Source: the human T2T-CHM13v2.0 reference genome, Homo sapiens
Reading direction: 5' to 3' (one strand)
Assembly (NCBI RefSeq): GCF_009914755.1
Contig: NC_060947.1
DNA length: 64,000 nucleotides
Positions 14,668-27,945 of the stretch are shown one piece after another. Both the position numbers and the translations under genes were made by a program. Under the pieces are notes generated by a model. It was not told the DNA's origin and did not search any database. It worked only from the letters and a program-made list of their open reading frames with translations. How positions within the stretch are numbered: position 1 is the first letter of the stretch; each line of letters starts with the position of its first letter.

Positions 14668-15278
14668 CACATATGTTGCATCTTTTGAAATTGTTCCATG
14701 GTTCTTGGATGTTATTTCTTTTCATTTTTTTCTCTTTCCATTTCAGTGTAGGAAGTTTACATTGACATATTTTCAAGTTCAATGATACTTTCCTTGGCCG
14801 TGCCCAGCTTACTGATGAGCCCATCAAAACTATTCTTCATGTCTGTTACAGTGCTTTTAATTTCTTTGTTAGAATTTCCATCTGTCTTCATTTTCTTTTG
14901 ATTCTTTATTAGAATTTCTATCGCTCTGCTTATATTACCAATCTGTACTTGCATGTTGTCTCCTTTTTCCCTTAGTGTCCTTAACATATTAATCACAGTT
15001 CCTTCAAATTTCTTGATAATTCCAAAATCTGTGCCATATCCAATTTTGGTTCTGGTGCTTGCTCTGTCCCTGAATAGTGTGTGTTTTCGCTTTTTTGTGT
15101 GCCTTGTAAAATTTTTTGTTATAGAAATCTAGACATGATATATCAGATAATCAAAACTAAGATAAATAAGCCTTTAGTGTCTGTTTTTTATGCTGATCTG
15201 GTTAGGAGTTGGGCTGTGTTTAATATGCAATACCTGTAGATATCTGAAGCTACAAACTCCTCCAGTGTCTTTGTTTTT

Positions 15279-17066
<1,788 letters not shown>

Positions 17067-17176
17067 TAGGTACAGTCTGCATCTTGCAGCTGTTTTAGAT
17101 ATAATCCATTGTATTATGTGGTTGTACTGTGAGTGCAGTGGTAAGGTGTGGGAAAACAGAAGTGTTCTAAAATCAT

Positions 17177-18102
17177 TTTTCTTCAGTTAGGAAATATTTT
17201 ATTTCATTTACTTTTTATTTTTTGAACAAATTATAATCATATAGTTATGGGTTACACAGTAATGTTATAATAATGTGTACAGTGTGGAATGATTGGATCA
17301 AGGTAAGTAACATATCCATCACATTAACTAATCCTTAATTCCTCCTGTCAAACTGAACCTTCTACAATTTGACCAGCATCTTCCCATCCTTCCCCCAAGT
17401 CTCTGGTAACCACCATTCTATTCTCCACTTCTATGAGTTCACTGTAACAACTCCACACATAAGTGAGAAGACATGTTTTTTGTCCTTCTGTGCCTGGCTG
17501 ATTTCATTTACCGTTATTTCCTCAAGTTTCATCTATGTTGTCACAAATGACAGAATTATTTTTTATTGCTGAATAGTACTCCATCATGCATATATACCAT
17601 TTTTTCTTTACTCATTCATCTGTTGAGGGACACTTTGATTGATTCTGTATCTTAGCTACTGTGAACAATGCTGCAATGAACACGGGAGTGCAGATGTATT
17701 TTTGACATATTGATTTCAAGTCATTAGGATGTCAGGATCATTTGACAAGGGGTTAATATCCAAAATACATAAGGAGATCAAACAACTTAATAGCAAAAAA
17801 CCCAAACAACCTGATTTAAAAATGTACAAAGACCTGAAGAGTCCATTTCTCAAAAGAAGAGGTACAAATGACCAACAGATATATGAAAAAATATTCAATA
17901 TCACTAATCATTGGAGAAAGGCAAATTAAAATCACAATGAGATATGACTGAACACCTGTCTGAATGGCTAGTATAAAAAAGATACGTGTTGGTGAGACTT
18001 CAAGAGAAAATGGAACCCTTGTACACAGTTGATGGGAATGTAAATTAGTACAACCATTATGGAAAACTGTATGGAGTTTCCAAAGAAAAATAAACTAAAA
18101 AT
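17177..18102. mobile_element. Old L1MA 3' fragment with 5' inversion
   Basis: Minus-strand 3'UTR at ~17200-17730 joined to a plus-strand ORF2 C-terminal piece at ~17737-18102. Degenerate TSD at 17161-17176 and 18103-18118. Confidence 0.7.
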
Positions 18103-18471
18103 AGCATTCTATAATCTTATAATTAAATATCAGATTTTGGTGTACCTGTATTTCTGAGCTGTGACTTTTACAAATGTTTTTAGCCTTCCTCCCCTTGGGT
18201 AAGACAGGAACGCTAGAGGGGCTGAAGCAGGGCAAATGCTCTTACAACACAAGGTGGGAGAAAGCTCTGGTAAAGTCTTTTCTCCTGGTCTCAACAATAG
18301 TTACTTTCCCCCTCCTTCTCCTTCTGCCAGATTCAAGACTGAGTCTTTCAGATCTGCACTCTGATAAGCTAATGGGATTCCTGGAGGAAAACTCTCGAAA
18401 GTGTAGACATGTCAGAGTTGAAACCAGAAGTCAAAGTTGACATTTTTTCTCTTTAATTTGGTAGATTTTAA

Positions 18472-18877
<406 letters not shown>

Positions 18878-20282
18878 TGATCTCTACAACCTTTTCGTCT
18901 TGCAACTTTTAAACTATACCAACTGAAATTCTGTAACAACTCCCCTTTTCCTCCTCCCCCTAGGCCTTGGCAGTTATAACTCTACTTTCTGTTTCTAAGA
19001 GTTTGACTGCTTTAGATACCTCACATAAGTGGAATTATGTAGCAATTCTCTTTTTGTGACTGGCTTATTTCACAAAGCATAATGTTTTCAAGGTTCTTCC
19101 ATGTTGTATCATGTCCTGGGATGCAAGGTTTGTTCAATATATACAAATCAATAAATGTGGTTCATCACATAACTAAAACAAAAACCACATAATCATCTCA
19201 ATAGACACAGAAAAAGCTTTTGATAAAATTCAACATCCCTTCATGTTAAAAACCCTCAGCATACTAGGCATCAAAGGAACGTACATCAAAATAATAAGAA
19301 CCATCTATGAAAAACCCACAGCATCATACTGAAAGGGCAAAAGCTGGAAGCATTCCAGTTGAGAACCAGAATAAGACAAGGATCCCCACTCTCACCACTT
19401 CTATTCACCATAGTACCAAAATTCCTAGCCAGAGCAGTCAGGCAAGAGAAAGAATAGGCATTCAAATAGGAAGGGAAAAAGTTAAATGATCATTCTTTGC
19501 AGACCATAAGATTCTATACCTAGAAAACCCCATAGTCTCTTCCCAAAGGCTCCTAGACTTGATAAACAATTTCAACAACGTTTCAGGATGGAAAATCAAT
19601 GTACAAAAATCATTAGCATTCCTACACACCAAAACAGCCAAGCCAAGAGCCAAATCAGAAAGGCAATCCCATTCACAATTGCCACAATAAAGAATAAAAT
19701 ACCTAGAAATACAGCTAAGCAGGGAGTTGAAAAATCTCTACAATGAGAATTCCAAAACAATACTGAAAGAAATCAGAGATGACACAAACAAATGGAAAAA
19801 TATTCCATGTTCATGGAGAGAAAGAATCAATATTGTTGAAATGTTTATATTGCCCAAAGAAATTTATAAATTCAATGTTATTACTATCAAACTACCAATG
19901 ATTTTTTTTGTGGAATTAAAAAAAGCTATTCTAAAAGTCATATAGAACCAAAAAAAGAGCCCCAATAGCCAAAGCAATCCTAAGCAAAAATCAAAGCAGG
20001 AGGCATCACACTATCCAACTTTAAAGTGTACTACAAGGCTACAGTAACCAACATGGCATCGTACTGGTACAAAAACAAACACATAGACCAATGGAACAGG
20101 CTAGAGAATGCAGAAATAAAGTCAGGTACCTACAACCATCTTATCTTTGACAAAGTCAACAAAAAGAAGCAATGGGGAAAGGACTCCCTATTCAATAAAT
20201 GGTGCAGTGATTACTGGCTAGCCACATGCAGAAGACCCCTTCCTTTCACCATATACAAAAATCAACTCAAGATGGATTAAAG

Positions 20283-21237
20283 GAACAGGGAACCTACATA
20301 ATAGGAGAAAATTTTTGCAATCTATCCATTCGACAAATGGCTAATATCCAGAATCTACGAGGAACTTAAACAAATTTACATAAAAAAACATCAAAAAGTG
20401 GGCAAAGGATATGAACAGACACTTCTCAAAAGAAGATATTTATGCGGCCAATATGAAAAAAAGCTCATCATCACTGGTCATTAGAGAAATGCAAATCAAA
20501 ATCACAATGAGATACCATCTCACACCAGTTAGAATGGTGATCATTAAAAAGTCAAGAAACAGCAGAGAGGACGTGAAGAAATAGGAATGCTTTTTCACTG
20601 TTGGTGGGAGTGTAAATTAGGTCAACCATTGTGGAAGACAGTGTGGCAATTCCTCAAGTATCTAGAATAAGAAATACCATTTGACCCAGCAATCCCATTA
20701 CTGGGTATACACCCAAAGGATTATAAATCATTCGCTATAAAGACACATTCACATGTATGTTTACTGCAGCACTATTCACAAAAGCAAAGACTTGGAACCA
20801 ACCCAAATTCCCTTCAAGATAGACTGGATAAAGAAAATGTGGCACATATACACCATGGAATACTACACAGCCATAACAAACAATGAGTTCATGTCCTTTG
20901 CAGGGACATGAGTGAAGCTGGAAACCATCATTCTCAGCAAACTTCCACAGGAACATAAAACCAAACACTGCATGTTCTCACTCATAAGCGGGAGTTGAAC
21001 AATGAGAACATATGGGCACAGGGAGGGGAACATCACACACCAGGTCCTGTCTGGGGGTGGGGGACTAGGGGAGGTATAGCATTAGGAGAAATACCTAATG
21101 TAGATGACAGGTTGATGGGTGCAGCTAACCACCATGGCACATGTATACCTATGTAACAAACTTGCACTTTCTGCGCATGTATCCCAGAACTTAAAGTATA
21201 ACAAAAAATAAAAATAAAAACAAAACAAAACAAAAAA
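20283..21237 (+). mobile_element. Younger truncated L1PA nested in the older L1
   Basis: Has its own 3'UTR and tail (gaacttaaagtataa + A-rich). TSD ATGGATTAAAG at 20272-20282 and 21238-21248. Confidence 0.9.
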
Positions 21238-21571
21238 ATGGATTAAAGACTTAAATGTGAAACCTAAAACTATGCAAACCCTAGAAGAAAACCTAGGAAA
21301 TACCATTCTGGATATAGGCCCTGACAAAGATTTCATGACAAACTTGCTAAAAGCAATTGCAACAAAAACAAAACTTGGCAAGTGGGACCTAATTAAACAA
21401 AAGAACTTCTGCACAGCAAAGGAAACTGTCAATAGAGGAAACAGACAACCTGCAGAATGGGAGAAAATATTTTCAAACTGTGCATTCTGCTGAAGGTCTA
21501 ATATCTAGCATCTACAAGAAACTTAAATGAACAAGAAAAAACAAACAACCCCATTAAAATATCGCCAAAGG

Positions 21572-21854
21572 GGCTGGACGCAGTGGCTCATGCCTGTAAT
21601 CTCAGCACTTTGGGAGGCTGAGGCGGGTGGATCATTTGAGGTCAGGAGTTCGAAACCAGCCTGGCCAACATGGTGAAACCCCGTCTCTACTAAAAATACA
21701 AAAATTAGCTGGGCGTGGTTTGGGGCACCTATAATCCCAGCTACTCAGGAGGCTGAGGCAGGAGAATCACTTGAGCCCAGAAGGCAGAGGTTACAATGAG
21801 CCGAGAGATCGTGCCACTGAACTCTTGCCTGGGTGACAGAGTGAGACTCCATCT

Positions 21855-21891
<37 letters not shown>

Positions 21892-21919
21892 TATATGTAT
21901 ATATATATATATATATATA
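21572..21919 (+). mobile_element. AluS with A32 tail followed by (TA)n
   Basis: Full Alu. TSD core GCCAAAGG at 21564-21571 and 21920-21927. Confidence 0.93.
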
Positions 21920-22769
21920 GCCAAAGGATGTGAACAGACACTTTTCAAAAGACATACACGTGGCCAACAGGCATTGTGAAAAAATGTTCAACATTACTAA
22001 TCATTAGAGAAATGCAAATCAAAACCACAGGGAGATACCATCTCACACCAGTTAGAATGGCTACTAGTAAAATGTCAAAAAATAACAGAAGCTGGCAAGG
22101 TTGTGGAGAAAAGGGAATGCTTACACACTGTTGGTGGTAGTGTAAGTTAGTTCAGCCACTTGGAAAGCCGTTTGGAGATTTCTCAAAGAGCTTAAAATAG
22201 AAATACCGTTTTATCCAGCAATATCATTACTGAGTATATACCTAAACGAATATAAATTGTTCTACCATAAAGACACATGTACATGTATGTCCATTGCAGC
22301 ATTGTTCACAATAACAAAGATATGGAATCAACCTAGATGCCCATAAACAGGGGACTGGATAAAGAAAATATGGTACGTATGCACCATGGAATAATATGGA
22401 GCCATAAGAGATCATGTCCTTCACAGGAACATGGATGGAGATGGAGGCTATTATTCTTAGCAAACTAATGCAGGAACAAAAAATAAAATGCCACACATTC
22501 TCACTTATAAGTGAGAGTTAAACATTGAGTACACATGGACACAAAGAAGGGAACAATAGATACCAGGGCCTACTTGAGGTTGCAGGGTGGGAGGAGGCGG
22601 AGGATGGAAAAACTACCTATTAGGTACTTATTATGCTCATTATCTGGGTGATGAAATAATCTGTACATCAAACCCCCACAATATGCTATTTATCCATGTA
22701 ACAAACTTGCACCTGTACCCCATGAACCTAAAATAAAAGTTGGAAAAAAATGCCAATTTGAGGAACCAG

Positions 22770-24020
22770 TTTGCAACGTTAAATAGTTTGTTATGATAAA
22801 TTTCATTGAAAAGTGATTTTTTTTAAACAAAGATTTGAAGGAGGTGAAAGACAGTCAGGCAGGTATCTTGGGGAAACTTTCCTGGCAGAGGGAGGAGCCA
22901 GAGCAAGCCCCTAAAAGTGAGAGTGTACTTAGCATATTTGAGGAATCAAGGAGACCAACGTGGACAGAATAGAGAGAGTAAAGAGGATAATACCAAGATA
23001 AAACATCAGATAAAGAATAGTGGGTGGAGCAAACACAATATATAGGCCGTTGTGGGTAAAGGCCTTTTTGGGTAATTGTAAAAACTGTCTTTTTTCTGAG
23101 TAAAATGTGAATCTATTGGAGGGTTTTTAAGCAAACACAATCTAGTGTGTGTATAGAAAGATCACCATGGAAGTCATGTTAAAATTAGGCTGTATATATG
23201 GTAGAGGGGAATGAGTAAAAGTGGAAGGAGGGAGAAATAAGGAGGCCACTATTTATGTCTAGTGTTCTATTTTTGGAATGCTAAGCATGTGGGAGTTTAT
23301 ATCCCACTGCTCAAGGTCATCTCCAAGTCCAACTGCAAAAATTCAAACAATTGCAACCTCAGGCATAAAAGGGCTAACCATAATTCAGGAAGAGAAAATG
23401 CTTGTTTGAACCAGGGTGGTAGCAGTCTAGGTGGTAAGAAGTGTTCGAATTCTGGGTGTTTTAAAGTTAAAGCCACAGAATTTTCTAATGGATTGGATAT
23501 GGGCTGTGAAATAAAGAAGTCAATGATGAACTTTTTGGTTTGGAGTTACTATTAACTATGATAGGAAAGTCTGTGGGTGCACCTGGTATCAGGTAGATTA
23601 CTAAAAACTCCACTTTGGGTAAGTTGAATTGAGGTGTATAAAACACATCCAAGCAGAGATATCAACGAGTCAGTTGGATATATGAATCCAGAGTTTGAAA
23701 GAGGGGTATGGTGAAGATATAAATTTTTTTGTCTTCAGCACGTGGATGGTATTTAAAGCCATGAGACGATGTAACTAAGGGAGTGAGTATGGGTAGAGAA
23801 GAGGAATAAGGAATGTACCCTGGAGAATGCCAATGTTAACAGTTTAGGGAGAACAGAAGAAACTAGTATGGACAGTGAGAAGGAGTTGCCAATGAAGCTG
23901 GAGAAAAATCATGAGAGTTCTGTGTCCTGGAAATCAAGTAAAAAATGTCTATCAATGAAAAGGTAGTAATCAAGTGTGTTAAATGTTGTCACTAGGTCAA
24001 TTATTATGAAGATTGAGAAT
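22770..24020 (-). mobile_element. L2 fragment (probably continues at ~28330-29040)
   Basis: L2 motifs: ttgaaccagggtggtagcag, gtatttaaagccatgagac, gaagattgagaatt. Confidence 0.7.
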
Positions 24021-24142
24021 TATGTCATATTCATACAATGGGATATTACTCAGCAATAGAAGGAATAAGCTAATAATACAGGCAACAATATAATGATTTG
24101 CAAAAACATTAATTTCAGCTTGTTATGATCACCTATTCACTC

Positions 24143-24600
24143 TGTCAGTGAGGGAGGGAGTCATGCCCTAAGGTTCTGGGAATGGCCAAACACAGGACAC
24201 CTGACACTTAACAGATGCATTTGGCAGCAGTTTATTAGTCACATACACTCACAGTCTGGGGGAGGAGTATACCTGGGTGTTCATGGGGGGGTTGCACCTA
24301 GGAGCAGAGTGAACCAGAAGAGGTTGTGGCAGGGAGGCTTTTTAGTAAGAATAGGATGGGGTAACCCCTGGCTCCCACAGGAGGATGTGATTGACTTATT
24401 TAACTAGTTTGACAGGCTGGCAGGGAAATGAATCCCATTAGATTGAGGAGCTGATGAGGTGCATCTGTTCCAGCTGATAGGTGGACAAACCAGGTGGGGA
24501 ATTTTCCTGCTTGAATGAGAAGCATACCCGGCAAGAACAGGGAAACTCACAGCTAAGAATTTGGGGCTCTGTGAGGCTCAAAAATGTCAAGGCAGCACGT
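24143..24600 (-). mobile_element. Old solo LTR (MER21/MER77-like) inside an L1ME 3' fragment (~24025-24115 and ~27960-28240)
   Basis: LTR-like motifs, including antisense AATAAA (gtttattagtcac). L1ME 3'UTR reads through on both sides. Confidence 0.45.
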
Positions 24601-24607
24601 AGAAAAG

Positions 24608-27600
24608 GGAATCACTGGAAGGCCCACTGCCCCAGGGGACGAAGGTCCTCTGAGTCAGAAGCCACTAACCAGATGATCCAGCAGCAGGACTGAGGGTGCC
24701 TGGGGCAAGCGCCAGCCCATGCCATCACCCTCACAGAGCCCCAAGTATGCTTTACCATTGAGGGCCAGGAGGTTAACTGTCTCCTGGACACTGGCGCAGC
24801 CTTCTCAGTCTTACTCTCCTGTCCCGGACAACTGTCCTCCTGATCTGTCACTATCCGAGGGGTCCTAAGACAGCCAGTCACTAGATACTTCTCCCAGCCA
24901 CTAAGTTGTGACTGAGGAACTTTACTCTTTTCACATGCATTTCTAATTGTGCCTGAAAGCCCCACTCCCTTGTTAGGGAGAGACATTCTAGCAAAAGCAG
25001 GGGCCATTACACACCTGAACATAGGAGAAGGAACACCTGTTTGTTGTCCCCTACTTGAGGAAGGAATTAATCCTAAAGTCTGGGCAACAGAAGGACAATA
25101 TGGATGAGCAAAAAATTCCCATCCTGTTCAAGTTAAACTAAAGGATTCCGCCTCCTTTCCCTACCAAAGGCAGTACCCCCTTAGACCCGAGGCCCAACAA
25201 GGACTCCAAAAGATTGTTAAGGACCTAAAAGCTCAAGGCCTAGTGAAAGCACGCAATAGCCCCTGTGATACTCCATTTTTAGGAGTACAGAAACCCAACA
25301 GACAGTGGAGGTTAGTGCAAGATCTCAGGATTATCAATGAGGCCATTGTCCCTCTATACCCAGCTGTACCTAACCCTTATACTCTGCTTTCCCAAATACC
25401 AGAGGAAGCAGAGTGGTTTACAGTCCTGGACCTTAAGGATGCCTTTGTCTGCATCCCTGTACATCCTGAGTCTCAATTCTTGTTTGCCTTTGAAGATCCT
25501 TTGAACTCAATGTCTCAACTCACCTGGACTGTTTTACCCCAAGGGTTCAGGGATAGCCCCCATCTATTTGGCCAGGCATTAGCCCAAGACTTGAGCCAAT
25601 TCTCATACCTGGACACTCTTGTCCTTCAGTAGGTGGATGACTTACTTTTAGCCACCCTTTCAAAAACCTTGTGCCATCAAGCCACCCAAGTGCTCTTAAA
25701 TTTCCTCGCTACCTGTGGCTACAAGGTTTCCAAACCAAAGGCTCAGCTCTTCTCACAGCAGGTTAAATACTTAGGGCTACAGTTATCCAAAGGCACCAGG
25801 GCCCTCAGTGAGGAATGTATCCAGCCTATACTGGCTTATCCTCATCCCAAAACCCTAAAGCAACTAAGAGGGTTCCTTGGCATAACAGGTTTCTGCCAAA
25901 TATGGATTCCCAAGTACAGCAAAACAGCCAGACCATTATATACACTAATTAAGGAAACTCAAAAGCCAATACCCATTTAGTAAGATGGACACCTGAAGCA
26001 GAAGCAGCTTTCCAGGCCCTAAAGAAGGCCTTAACCCAAGCCCCAGTGTTAAGTTTGCTAACGGGGCAAGACTTTTCTTTATATGTCAGTCACAGGAAAA
26101 ACAGGAAGAGCTCTAGGAGTCTTTACATAGGTCCGAGGGACGAGCTTGCAACCCATGCCATACCTGAGTAAGGAAATTGATGTAGTGGCAAAGGGTTGGC
26201 CTCATTGTTTATGGGTAGTGGCGGCAGTAGCAGTCTTAGTATCTAAAGCAGTTAAAATAATGCAGGGAAGAGCTCTTACTGTGTGGACATCTCATGATGT
26301 GAATGGCATACCCACTGCTAAAGGAGACTTGTGGCTGTCAGACAACAATTTACTTAAATATCAGGCTGTATTACTTGAAGGGCCAGTGCTGTGACTGTGC
26401 ACTTGTGCAACTCTTAACCAAGCCACATTTCTTCCAGACAATGAAGAAAAGATAGAACATAACTGTCATCAAGTAATTGCTCAAACCTACACCGCTCTAG
26501 GGGACCTTTTAGAAGTTCCCTTGACTGATCCTGACCTCAACTTGTATACTGATGGAAGTTCCTTTGTAGAAAAAGGACTTCAAAAAGTAGGGTATGCAGT
26601 GATCAGTGATAATGGAATACTTGAAAGTAATCCCCTCACTCCAGGAACTAGTGCTGAGCTGGCCAAACTAATAGCCCTCACTCGGGCACTAGAATTAGGA
26701 GAAGAGAAAAGGGTAAATATATATACAGACTATAAGTATGCTTACCTAGTCCTTCATGCCCATGCAGCAATATGGAGAGAAAGGGAATTCCTAACTTCCA
26801 AAGGAACACCTATCAAACATCAGGAAGCCATTAGGATATTATTATTGGTGGTACAGAAACCTAAAGAGGTGGCAGTCCTACACTGCTGGGGTCATCAGAA
26901 AAAAAAGGAAAGGGAAATAGAAGGGAACTACCAAGCAGATATTGAAGCCAAAAGAGCCGCAAGGCAGGACCCTCCATTAGAAATGCTTATAGAAGGACCC
27001 CTAGTGTGGGGTAACCCCCTCCAGGAAAGCAATCCCCAGTACTCAGCAGGAGAAATAAAATGGAGAACCTCACGAGGACATACTTTCCTCCCCTCAGGAT
27101 GGCTAGCCACCAAAGAAGGAAAAATGCTTTTGCCTGCAGCTAACCAATGGAAATTACTTAAAACCCTTCACCAAACCTTTCACTTAGGCATTGATAGCAC
27201 CCATCAGATGGCCAAATTATTATTTACTGGATCAGGCCTTTTCAAAACTATCAAGCAGGTAGTCAGGGCCTGTAAAGTGTGCCAAAGAAATAATCTCCTG
27301 CACTGCAAGCCATACATTTCAATCCCTGTATCTTTAACCTCCTTGTTAAGTTTGTCTCTTCCAGAATCAAAGCTGTAAAACTACAAATGGTTCTTCAAAT
27401 GGAGTCTCAGATGCAGTCCATGACTAAGATATACCGCAGCCCCCTGGAGGGGGCCTGCTAGCCCATGCTCCAATGTTAATGACATCGAAGGCACCCCTCC
27501 CGGGGAAATCTCAACTGCACAACCCCTACTATGTCCCAATTCAGCAGGAAGCAGTTAAAGCGGTCATCGGCCAACCTCCCCAACAACACTTGGGTTTTCC

Positions 27601-27945
27601 TGTTGAGAGGGGGTACTGAGAGACAGGACTAGCTGGATTTCCTAGGCCGACTAAGAATCCCTAAGCCAAGGTGATCGCATCCACCTTTAAACACGGGGCT
27701 TGCAACTTAGCTCACACCCAACCAATCAGGTAGGAAATAGAGCTCACTAAAATGCGAATTAGGCAAAAACAGGGGGTAAAGAAACAGCCAATCATCTATT
27801 GCCTGAGAGCACAGTGGGAGGGACAATGATTGGGATATAAACCCAGGCATTCAAGCCGGCAATGGCTACCCTCTTTGGGTCCCCTCCCTTTGTATGGGAG
27901 CTCTGTTTTCACTCTATTAAATCTTGCAACTGCAAGGAAAAAAAA
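24608..27945 (+). pseudogene. HERV-W (HERV17/LTR17) processed pseudogene: gag end, pro, pol (RT, RNase H, start of IN), env 3' end, U3-R, poly(A)
   Basis: Protease LLDTGA at 24781; RT WRLVQDLR and LPQGFRDSP; RNase H YTDGS; IN HHCC (LHQTFH..CKVC); env tail; PPT then TGAGAGACAGGACTAGC at ~27617; ATTAAA at 27916-27921; ends at CAACTGCA + A-tract with no U5. Confidence 0.93.

Larger units (their letters stand above)
19113..22750 (+). mobile_element. 5'-truncated old L1PA (approx. L1PA15/16-like), RT region to tail, hosting a younger L1 and an Alu
   Basis: ORF2 fragments 19727-19945, 20026-20280 and 21257-21493. 3' end taaaataaaagttggaaaaaaa. Confidence 0.9.
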
